A stretch of 63,977 bases of DNA, the filler included, from Sphacelaria rigidula (lineage: Eukaryota), in NCBI GenBank assembly GCA_964200075.2. It is 3 parts of 3 records of this genome, joined end to end, with 100 filler letters (N's around TTAATTAATTAA, not from the genome) between each part and the next. Parts side by side here need not be neighbours in the genome. Positions count along the whole stretch, not along the records: positions 43,808 to 63,977 come from CAXNAA020000560.1; 2 more parts are not named here. One strand, 5' to 3'. A program made the position numbers and the translations under genes. Under the pieces are notes generated by a model that searched no databases, was not told where the DNA came from, and saw only the letters and a program-made list of their open reading frames with translations. This document shows positions 48,501 through 59,199 of the stretch, piece after piece; within the stretch, counting starts at the first letter, position 1, and every line of letters starts with the position of its first letter.

Positions 48501-51500
48501 ATTGTGTATGAGTATTGAACTCGAAAGTCACAAAAACGTGGCCGGAATGACCGCGAATGTGCCGTGTGCCGTGTGCCGTGTGCCGTGTGCCGTGTGTCGT
48601 GCCATGGAAGGGGGTGCTGCCGCATTGGGATTATTGCTAACCCTTTGGCCGGCACGGTGTGTGATCTGGGTCTCACACCGATTCTTCCAGCGAGGACGGT
48701 GCCGATTCAGCAGATACATTTACCAATGCTGGCCTGAAAACTTGACCCTAAAGAGAGTGATACGCACGGTAATTTTCGGGACAAGTCTATATCCGCATCA
48801 TTATACAAACGTTTACTCGGTTTTCATAACACTCGGTTCACTGTGGATCCAGAGGGCCCGTTGTGTGCGGATGCATGGTGAATAGTGCACAGCATTGCGT
48901 TTTCACTCAAGCGCCCAGGACAGCGCATCCTTTGATCGCCAAGAACACGGTGGCTGCCCGAGAGCTGGCGGGTGTACCTTCGTCAGGGTTAGGATCAGGG
49001 ATAGCGTCCGAGTCTAATTGGGTCATTTAATGTAGAGCGTCCGGATTTTTTTACACTCGGGACAGTAAACAGGTCTCGGAGAGACAATGCTATGAACAGT
49101 AATGACCTTTCAGAGCTCGAAAATGTTTTAACCCTTAGACTCCGACGGCAGTCCATCTGGATCATGCATATTTTTTTCAAGTGAAATTGATGCCGATTTA
49201 ACAGATGGCATACTCTCGCTGTCAAAGGGTTAAGAAGCAAACTGCGGCCATTTGAGCGCGAACATCACATGTTGCTCAGTACACAGCATGCAGTATATAT
49301 ACACACATATCTATATATAGATGTCAGTGTGCCGCAGTGTTTGGTGTGTTGTCGTGTGTGAGCGAGCGGTAGAGAAGAGAGAAAGGGAGCCCCCGTCTCG
49401 TTGGCGTGAAAGAGATGTCCAGACAGAGAGGACCTCACGTGGGAGCGAGAAAAAGTACAGCTGTTAGTACTTCGAAGATAGAGTCTAGCCGTATTGTTTT
49501 GTTGATGTGACGCTCTACTGAGTAAGTACCTATCATCATTCCAAAATTCTTGATGAGATGCAGGTACATTGGCACGATTCACATGAGCACATGGCCGACA
49601 ACAACGTCAAAATAAGTGTACTAAAAATGAAGAAGATCCAGGCGTGGGCTATGTGGGGTACTGATATCAAGTGGACGAAATCGTAAAAACAAACGTGCTC
49701 ACGGTGCAGCAACAACAGTCCAATGCAGTCAGAATGCCGCTGCGCAACAGTACAGTGTATACCACTGCCGCGGACAGCGGTGCAGTGCATGCATGCATGT
49801 ACAAATAACAGAAGCACGACACATGCCGAACGGCAGCGGAGACAGAGCAGCACTAAACGCTCCTGATCATGTCCATTCCTCGATGAGATCGATGAGATCG
49901 AGGAAGGAGAGACTTTCCTCGAAAATGGGCTTCAACATCGCGGTGAGGGTGAACCTGCTTTGGGAATTTAGTCATTTCCGTGTGAGTAGTTGGAACAACG
50001 AAAGTACTTTCGGCTAGTTTATTTGTGTCAAAACAACGGATAGAATTACGAAAAAATCTTGATAATCTCGAAACGGCCGGGGAAAGCTGAGAGAACGCTC
50101 TTTCGCCGGCTTCCCCGGGGCGTGAAGAAGTACGAAGCCACAGTTTTCAAGCCCCTAGAAACACTTTTCCATGAAACAAACCCCCCGCGTTCACCCTTAT
50201 GAAACGTTTCCAGCAAAGAGTTGTTTGCTTCGAAAGACGATAGGTGCACTTTCGTTCTCTGAAACATCATTCCCTACATATATTTTCCGGAGATGTTTGA
50301 AAGAACTGCATGATCGTATTCCTTCACACCCTTGGGAAGCCGACCAAAGCGTCTTCTGCCAGCCTTTCGCGGCTCTTTTGAGGTTTTCAGAAAATGTTTG
50401 TTTGAAATTCCACCCATTTCTTAAACACAAATAAACTCACCGAAAGTGCTTTCGTTGTTCAAACTAATGGCACGGAAATTGCGAAATTCTATGAGCAGGT
50501 TCAACCTCACCGCGATGTTGAATCCCATTTTCGAGAAGACTCTTTTATCTGGTGCACCTTTCCGTGGCTCGACGTGGAAGCAAACTCATTTTAGTTTCAT
50601 TTAAACGAAATGCTGAACTGACACTACCTTCAATATCAAGTGGAAGGAATGCCCCCTTGTGAGGCCGCGAGAGCTCAGGGAAAATCTAGAACATTGCCCC
50701 GTGAGGCCGCGAGAGTAAATACTTCTGGGCTCCGACGAAACTTCTAGTGTATTAAAAGGTCATTACCATCACATTTACCCCATTACAGTTGATTTGGTCG
50801 ATTGATTTACGTCATTGACTGTCGCACACGTACTGGTCATTAGATGGTGGGGTCCAGTCGTGGTCATTAGATACAATGTCGACGAACCCAATGCGAATAG
50901 AATGGAAACGCTCTCTGGAGCAAACTCAACAAATGGAGAAGACGAAGGAAAGAGGACATAGTAAACGAAGTAAACTAAACAAAGACGGGGACGGTAGGTT
51001 GGCCTATGTATACTATTCCTGCTGAACACAACGTAGTAGACTTGGATAGACTATGTTCTCACTCCGTACACTGATATCGTCGATATATGGGTCCAGTATA
51101 TTGGGTCCATCTGAATGAAGTAGGATGATCTACAGGAAGTCCACTTCCCTTCTGGACACACCCATAACTTATAACCGTCCGCCAACGCGGCCCAGTGATG
51201 TAGCTGGTACATCCTAAGGCCCATTCAGACGGAGTTCGGGGTTGGAACCCCAGCAGACCTGCTGATATAGAGTCTTGTTCTGAGGAGTATCCGATTGCAG
51301 TCGTTAAAAAAGTGAGGGCGTGAGTAAAATAATTTGTTTTGAAGGAAGTCAACGTGGTGCGGGAGTGGTGGTCATGATCCAATGTTCGATACCAAAGCGT
51401 CAGGTACGTACCGGGGGAGAGATGGGTAGTTGTTTGGAGACTACGGACTTGTCCCGAGGAAGGAGAAGCCTTTGGAATATGACGCACATACTTGGTGTAC

Positions 51501-54500
51501 AACACTCTACTCGTTCCGGGGGTACCTGTCAGACTACGACCATACTCACCTGCCCTCGACGTCGACGACATCGAACAGGTCACCGATCATTTGTTTCTTC
51601 AGGTTCGCGTCTTCTCGACTGCTAGCGCCGAGTGAAGGGGAGGCGTTGACCTCAAGCAGCCACGGCCGGAGGTTCTCGTCCACCATCACATCGTACCCGA
51701 ACAGCTTACCATGGAGACAGTGGGCACGAAATCAGAAAGACAGCGCAGACGGGCGACCCGTTATCTGTAAAACTTCCGACGAGCAGCACTACAGACGCCC
51801 ACAGTAGATGCGTACAGAAGTGGGCCGCCGTCATACCATCTATTGTAGATATGGAGGGGTTAGCACTGTTAGCACAGGGTCACGAGTTCAGTCCTGGTTC
51901 TCGAGTTAGATTTCTGAGTTGCCACAAAAGCATGAGCCTTAGCTTCTGGTATTCGAATTCCTTGACATTGGGCCGCTACTGTATGATTCGACATTCAACT
52001 TGAATTTTATTTTGAGCTGATATGAAGTTAGCACCTTGCGCAGCAATAGGTTGGCCTTCCCAACATGAAAGGTGAACTATCAAGTTTCAACACACAAGGG
52101 GAAAAGCTGGGAGAAAAACGCTCGGATAAAACGATACCATCTGTGAGGAAGGACTTTGGTCCATATAATTCCACAAGAAGACTTGCACATATGGTTGTTT
52201 CCGGCCGAGTGTTATTTTATGATGACGCACGTTTTACAAGCGGCATCCGGATTTTCAACCCAAATATCTTCGGGTCAACCCCTAAGCACAAACGAGCACC
52301 AAGAGTCGACGATAAAATGCACTGGAGATGGCTAAGGGTCTCTGGAAATGATTGGAAGTCTCTGCAGTAGTCTTGTAGTCTTAATTGCGTTTCAAACAAA
52401 ATGCGGGGGCAAAAAGAAACTAATACGAACAAACTGTTGAGCGCTGAGTGGCTGTATGACGACAGGTGCTTCGATGAAGAAAGTTAAACAGCTAATCATT
52501 TCCAGTTGGGTACCAGCATCGACTGATCTGTAACACACTTACAGTAGTACAATCAATGTGATACAATCAATGTGATACAACCAATGTGATACAATCAATG
52601 TGATACAGTCGTACTTCACTCACCGAGGGCTTCTATTCTCTCGTATCATGGGAAGCCCATGGTACCGAGGGATTACTATCACATCAACTTTGATTTGCAT
52701 CCCATACACTTGTTTTTGTGCCATGTGGCACACTGGATCAACCCATAGAAATACAGGGGACTGATCATGTGGAGGGGACTTCACGCCAAGGTGTAGCACG
52801 AAAAGAGGGACACAGCAGGGATTTATTCGCGCCGTACAGGGTAGAAAAAAGTCTGCAAAACAAAGAGTTACTCATTTTGTTTTGGGTTAGTTACCGTTTA
52901 AGACCACAAGATCAAAGTAACCAGGTACGACGACCTGCAAATATCTCTGAGTGATGCTACGATCGGGAGTGGGTTGTACTCATACTCATGATCTTGCATG
53001 CCGTAGTCATAAGACCATTGACCTCGCATCCCCGCGAAGTCGGGACGGAGAACACCGGTTTTTCGCCGAACCAGGCTCGCAATCACCAAGCGCGAAGCAC
53101 TGTGGTGTGTTCGGCGAGTCACGTGAAGGGTGAGCTGGATCCTGCTAATATTGTTTTGCCCCAAGCGTATCAAGTATCTTGCACATGGATGACAGCCTCG
53201 AATGAGCTGCTTCATTTTGTGGTACCGCCACTTCCAGAGACAACCACGGGTTACACACTGCTTCGTGGGTGCTTCATCACATAAACACTACGTAGTACGA
53301 TCTTCCCCTTGCGCGGAGTTCGGGTTCTCGAACCCGCACAAGATGACCTGGCTCGACCACCATCACGGTTACCGCACGCACACACACACATTTAGGGGGG
53401 GGGGGGGGGGGGGGATTCCACAAAAAAAGAGGTTCACAGGTGAGTCAGACGACCTAAGTGCTCGCGGTGCGTTTGTATTTCGGTGAAGACGGTGTCAAGT
53501 AGTATGGCTTCGTGTGTTGTATTGATAACAAGCGCGATCGAACAAGCATTGCTGATTTCAACGACCATTCAAGGTGGAATTTCGGGGAAGAAATGGCCCA
53601 TAATACCCCCCCCCTATCGTAGCATCAAAGCTTCTTACCTAGCTATACTAAAACACTGGTACCTCTCCAATGTATGAGAGACATACTGCGTCCCACGCGT
53701 TATGCTAGCTCTTCGGTGTAGGAGTTTGATGAGGGCCGGCAACGGACGCGTTCAGAGTCCGAGCACGTGCTTCACGACGACTATTTATTCTCATAACACT
53801 CTCATGACACTCTGATAACACCACCCATACCCGCGATCATGACGATACGAAACTAAATGACACACGCTGAAATACGTAATGGAGAATATCGTAGATGGCA
53901 CTGTAGCAGTCGCTGTATTTGTGAAGGTCACAACTATTCGATGGCGGGTGTTCTGACTCAAGAAGATTCGGTCTGAAGTTTGTAAATGATCATTTCTACC
54001 TCAAAGCTTTGCCGATCGCTGATGACCAAACGGTCGACCGCTCGTACAGTGCGAACCATGAGCGCCTGTATATCCCAGAAAAGCTTGTCCATGGCCCTTT
54101 GTCCGTGTTGCATCGCCACATACATCTTAAACTTCTTGATGTTCCTGGGTGCGGTGACGAAGTTCGAGCACGTGCTCAAGGATGCGGCCGTTTGGATCTT
54201 TGCAAGGTTTTGCCACGTGTCAATAAGTGCGCTATCTCAGCAGTGTCGCACCCAACCGGCACATACATTCAGCGACACAAGAGTAAGTGGATGTTGGTGT
54301 CAAGGGACCATCCCATTTCTGGAAGTAACATTTTCTGTCTCGTCAGCCTCATACCGTGGATGGCAACAGTCGCGTGGAAATGAACCGTCAAAGGAAAACA
54401 TAAGCCCCCTACCTCCCCGGCCGTACGGGCATCATTTCGAGCGTACCATTTTCTCCCGCTTGCCGCTCCTCTCCTTTGCACAGCATGATTGGTGAGATGC

Positions 54501-57024
54501 ATCAACTCGTTCTTCAGGTGCTCGGGATCAACACTACTTGCGCACGTGAGAGACAAAAAAGGAGAATAGTCAGTCAGGTACAGGGGGGGGGTCAAGTGTC
54601 CACACCAGCAGTTGAAATTTTGTTGTTTTGTTGGTACGACGACCACATCATATCTTCCGTGGCTTACTGTGTTGGAGGCTCTTTGGAGAGTGGAGTCATG
54701 GAAGTGAAGAGGACTGCCCGTTTCACTTGGTCAGTATGGTTTTTGAATTGGCGAATCATTCTTTAGCGCTAAGGCGTGTAAAATAACCAGAAAAATGCAT
54801 GGAGGTCGGCTGCAAGCCCCATCCTAGAGGCGTGCTGGGGTATGAAGGTTGCGAAGGTCAGGTGGCGAAGGGGTACACGCATTGACCAATGGTGGACAAC
54901 GACACATCACTATGCACTTCAAGACCTACTACGGAAAAACCTGTCACTCCGTCAAAAGGGAGAGCAGGGTAAGCCGCGCAGCGAGGGAAGTTATCAGAAT
55001 AATGTGTGCGCACGCAACGCGATTTCGACGGGTTTCACCTGAATCTCTTGCTGGAAAACCTAGCGAAGCCGTCGCGATAGAGGTAGGCCGTCAGCGGGCG
55101 GAAGCTGGTGACCAGCAGGTACAAACGAAGGTCGAACTTCTTCCCGCCAACGAGAAAAGGGTTGGACACATACCGCTGCACTACAAATGATCCAGGATTT
55201 GTCGGATCGTTACTGGTCAATTCGAGGAAGGGCGACAGACGGTTGGCACGAAACAATATCAGGCACGAAACGATTTTCAAGTCGTTGTCAGCGACTTACT
55301 CTGGTCACGATTTACCGCGTCGGATCACGCGTTCGCTGCGAAGACATCGCAACCGAGAGCATTCAGAGGCGGAGGGGCGGATTGGTAATGAAGTAGCTCG
55401 AAATTGGGGCAGGGCACAATAATTCGAGGAAAGGTCGTGCCGCCAACGCATTACCTACAACCAGTATTTCCGAGGTACTGAAGTAGTGCTGCTCTCGCGG
55501 TGTGAGCGGTTCAAATAATAATACGCGCGAAGTGCACGAGCCAGAGGTAAGCTCCTTGCAGTACATTTTTGTGTTGATTTGGTTTACAAGATATGAACAG
55601 GCGAGCCCTCGCCTATGCATCGGTGGAGGGAAACAAACTTTTGCGGGATCGCCCTGCTGTTCCTCGTCTCACCGTCGCATATTTCGCGATTGATATGGCC
55701 TGGCCCATGCCTTCACGTCCATGAGTTTGGAGAACATGAATATTCCCCGGCCTTCCGCGGATCCTGACGGTTTCATGATCCAGATACCACCAGTGTCTCT
55801 GAACTCCTCCACGAACAATGCGTAGTCCTACGTTGACGATCAGTCGACCCGTTCGATATCAGGCAAGATGAACCAGATGAAACGAAATGGTTCGATCAGC
55901 GTTGGACGTTTCGGATATGCTGCTGATGTCCAGAGTCCAATCGGTGACACCCGCCACGTTTGGGGAGAGTTTCAAAACACGCGGGTCTGAATATTGTGAT
56001 GGCAGACTCCCGAGTTGTCGCGAAATGAATGGCCATCGCTTGCAAAGCTTCTGCTTTAAAGGATACTCGTGGCAAGCGTAGGGGTGTTACCTTTGGCAGC
56101 TCGAAACTGACGGGGAAGAAATTGTAGCCGTGTGCCTCGGTTAGGTCGCCTTGCGACAAAAGCGTAGCTCGCCGTTTCTTCAAATTCTTCAACATAAGGT
56201 CCTTGCCACACAGGCATGTTCATAGTCAAAGCACACGAAGTTTTGCCGATAGTCGAGATTCAGTCGCAGTGCACAATAATCATGCATCAGTGGCATGAGA
56301 ACATGCCACTGACTTTGGATTGGAATCGCAATGTCCATCGAGATAAGCTTCATTTATCGTTTACGATGTGGACACTCACTCGTGATTGAAAACCATCAAT
56401 ATTTTTCACGCAGACGTTCGAGTAGACAATTGGAGAACAGGGTTTGAGTTCCCAGTGGGAACAAGAGTCAAATTGCTAGGCAGGCAAAACGAATTCACCG
56501 TGGTAGTCAAATCGTCGTTGTTTAAACACATGGTCCATCTCATCGCAAAGTGCAGACTACCAGCAGTAGTCTATACATTTCCTTACGGACGTATGGCAGC
56601 TGAGTACCTTTCGGCAAAGTTCCTTGCTGTTGCGGAAGTGGTTAACCTTTTGCCAAGGGGCGAGCTTCCTCGCAAATCTCATCGTTTCCACTGCCCACTT
56701 CGTGTAGCTCCAGTGTACATCCCACTGTTTCTCACTCGCCATCTCTCCATCCTTTCGATCCGGCCCTCCTGTCACCTCTGCCGCGTTTTCTGCTCCTATT
56801 ATATCCGGACGGGAGTTGGATTCCTCAGAACCATACTCGTTCGAATTGAGAGTGTGGATGCAGGTGTCCTCCCTGATACCTTCTAACTCTTCCTGTGGCT
56901 GCTCCAACCCCGCCTCAGCTGTTTGTTCTTCTGTAGGTCCTAGTTTGTCCCGTCCCGTCATAGTCAGTTCTGCGTCACTCACACGAGGAGGGCACGCTGG
57001 CTTCCATCCACGCGATTTCATTAC
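45596..57024 (-). CDS. TTLL9: Tubulin polyglutamylase, TTLL9/TTLL1-like (tubulin-tyrosine ligase family), spliced, 5' end not identified
   Basis: Phase-consistent exons in transcription order: 57024-56608, 56201-56091, 55827-55673, 55212-55039, 54533-54447, 54144-54000, 51704-51550, 45758-~45596. Motifs: [143 protein letters not shown] family is secure; subfamily is less so. Confidence 0.88.
48558..48603 (+). repeat. 7-bp tandem repeat (GCCGTGT)n, about 6 units
   Basis: gtgccgtgtgccgtgtgccgtgtgccgtgtgccgtgtgtcgtgcc. Confidence 0.9.
49918..50535. mobile_element. Long-TIR non-autonomous DNA element (arms of about 115 bp or more)
   Basis: ctcgaaaatgggcttcaacatcgcggtgagggtgaacctgct...gaacaacgaaagtactttcgg...atttgtgt pairs with acacaaataaact...ccgaaagtgctttcgttgttc...agcaggttcaacctcaccgcgatgttgaatcccattttcgag. 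Confidence 0.85.
52548..52607 (+). repeat. 14-bp tandem repeat TACAATCAATGTGA x4
   Basis: Four consecutive near-perfect units (one t>c substitution). Confidence 0.95.
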
Positions 57025-57181
57025 CTGCACTCAAGTCACGTGAGAAACCGACGTATACTGGGTAGCTTTTCACCACGCGCGGTCCGTCTATCAGGTCAAC
57101 GGCACCTCATGCGACTCGTGCTTGGGCGGAGACATTCCCCCCGATACCGCAAGGGTGGGGGGTCAACATCACGGTCATATG

Positions 57182-58443
57182 TAGGGCTGTGAACTGGACC
57201 AGTTTATACTGTCGATTAAACTGGAACTGGAGTGAACCTGGAACTGTCGACGAGGGCGCCAGTTTATCCGGTTTATTTGAGGTTTGCCGTTACCGGCTAT
57301 TTTTATACCAATTTTAGTATGGTGGGTTTATAATGAGGGTGATTGATATACGAATTTGAATGCACAACTGAGGCCTACACTTTGCGGTGGCAGAGGAATA
57401 TGGAATATCAGTTGAGACGGAGGGCACTTCGAAGGCGTCCACGGATTTTTTTGCGTCAATGACGCGTGAAGTAGCGGTGCGCAGCTTCATGATTCGTCTT
57501 CCGTGTTTTGGTCGAGTTGTACAGTGTAGGTCCGGCGTTCCGTCGTAGTACTATACATAGTACATGAAGAACGGGTTTGTTCTGGGTCAGTCACTAGCTG
57601 ACTACTTCAGGTGTGTTCTGCTTTTTTGTCCCGTCTGCTTTGATGGGACCTCGTGGTTCTGTAGTTTTCCGTTTTTTTCGGCCGTAGCGTGTAGGTCGAC
57701 GGCTCGTCTGCCGAATGAGGATAATGAGAGAGAGAAAAAAGAGTTGTGACTTATATGCGGCGAGACGCTTGATGCGGAACTGCCGAGCGCCAAACCCCAA
57801 CTGCCAATTTCCAACTGCATGATGAAGAGCGTTTTAAGCATGATGAAGCACGTGCTCACTTCACCTGGGTTTGCTACAGCGGGTATATGCCAAGGTTTGT
57901 CGTTTCATTGTGCCAAGGTTTGTCATTTCATTGCACGATATCCGAAGAAAAAAATAACAGACAACGGTGACCCGCGACCACAAAATACAAGATACATCAC
58001 GATTTGCTTTTCAACTACATACGTGTTGGTCGGCCCGGGCATGCATAATTTTGCGCTCTTTAACCCCACGGGGTGCAGCCACCCTCCGCTCCTGAGTCTC
58101 TGCTGCTGCATGCTACATATGAATGATTTTCGAGTTGCTCACCCTCTGCATGAGGTTTTAATGTCATATCAGCCTGTTTACCTCCGCAATGAGCGATGTC
58201 ACATTTTTCACAACTATCCACATTTTTGAAGGGAGAACAAGCCAAATACGGTGGCGGCGCTCCCGCGAGGCCCCCTCACCAGCCGGGGAGGGGCCGTTGG
58301 GGCTCGACCGCGGCTTCGCCGCCCGCCGCCGATGTTTTCCCAGTTAATTGGCGAAGCCGACTAAGTGAGAAAACATCGATGTACTGGCCGCTGGCGCGGC
58401 CGGTTTAAACTTAAGTGGTCAGAGCTGCCGGTTCACAGCCCTA
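57182..58443. mobile_element. Non-autonomous hAT-like DNA transposon, copy 2
   Basis: TIRs tagggctgtgaactgg ... ccggttcacagcccta; collinear with 23925-25258. Confidence 0.82.
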
Positions 58444-58611
58444 GCTAGCTATATGGGCTTCACGCAGAATCTCGACGGAATGACGCTTTCAGCTGGGGCA
58501 GGAAGTGCTAGGGAGGTAAGTCTAGTGCTATGCCCGGGAATATGTGGGAAGCACCACATAATAGGGGGAAAATCCCACAAGTGCCTGTCGAGGAATCATC
58601 TTTTCACATCG

Positions 58612-58680
58612 GCGACACCATGAGATAATTTGCATGCCTCATTGACGGAAGGTCCCGGGTTCGATTCCCGGCTCCCACCA
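58612..58680 (+). mobile_element. tRNA-like T-arm/B-box, probable SINE remnant
   Basis: ccggg-ttcgatt-cccgg T stem-loop followed by ctcccacca. No complete cloverleaf could be folded. Confidence 0.45.
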
Positions 58681-58764
58681 TAAAGCGACTCAAACTTGAG
58701 TCGGGAGAAAACAGCCGTAAAATGGTGAGGGACCACAAAACTTTCAGCAAGACAACCGCATGGT

Positions 58765-59108
58765 TGTCCATGCGCACACGGCCATTTGGCTACCTCCCAA
58801 AATGCCTCCGGAGGGTTGCGCGGCCTTCCAGAGGAAAAACAAGCCTCCGGAGGCCTTTTACCTCTCTGGAGGAAACCAAACACTACCGACCTGGAGGGCC
58901 TCGCACCCCTCCGGAGGAATTCGGGTATGCGCGGCCCTCCAGAGGCAAAAACAAGCCTCCGGAGGCGTTTAATCCCTCTGGAGGAACCAAGAATTTCCTC
59001 TGGAGGGCCGCGCACCCCTCCGGTGGTGTTCAATTCCTCTGGAGGCTCGAAAAGTTTACCCACCTGGAGGAATTTTAGGGGTAGCCAAATGGCCGCGTGT
59101 GTGGACAT
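58765..59108. mobile_element. MITE with internal array of CCTCCGGAGG-like palindromes
   Basis: TIRs tgtcca..cacacggccatttggctacc / ggtagccaaatggccgcgtgtgtggaca. Internal duplication of about 111 bp (58821-58917 vs 58933-59026) with many cctc(c/t)(g/a)gagg units. Confidence 0.75.
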
Positions 59109-59199
59109 GGATCCGTGACCGGTAAATGGCACTTGGGCATTCAGATTCATGCTGTTGTACGCGTTTTCAATAAACTGTGCAGCGTCAGCACCCTTTCTG

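Noticed and set aside
2518..57024. Apparent cluster of cilia-related genes (CFAP65, SCAPER, TTLL9-like)
   Set aside because: The three genes lie on three contigs separated by artificial 100-bp linker gaps; physical linkage is not demonstrated.
58454..58680. tmRNA-like or complete tRNA gene (5' gggct...tcgacgg and 3' T-arm plus CCA)
   Set aside because: The acceptor stem cannot be paired (only 5 nt between the T stem and ACCA), there are no D or anticodon arms, and the length is wrong; better explained as a SINE-type repeat.
58800..59075. CRISPR-like repeat/spacer array
   Set aside because: Repeats are only 10 bp, linkers are duplicated rather than unique, the array is enclosed by TIRs, the context is eukaryotic and there are no cas genes.
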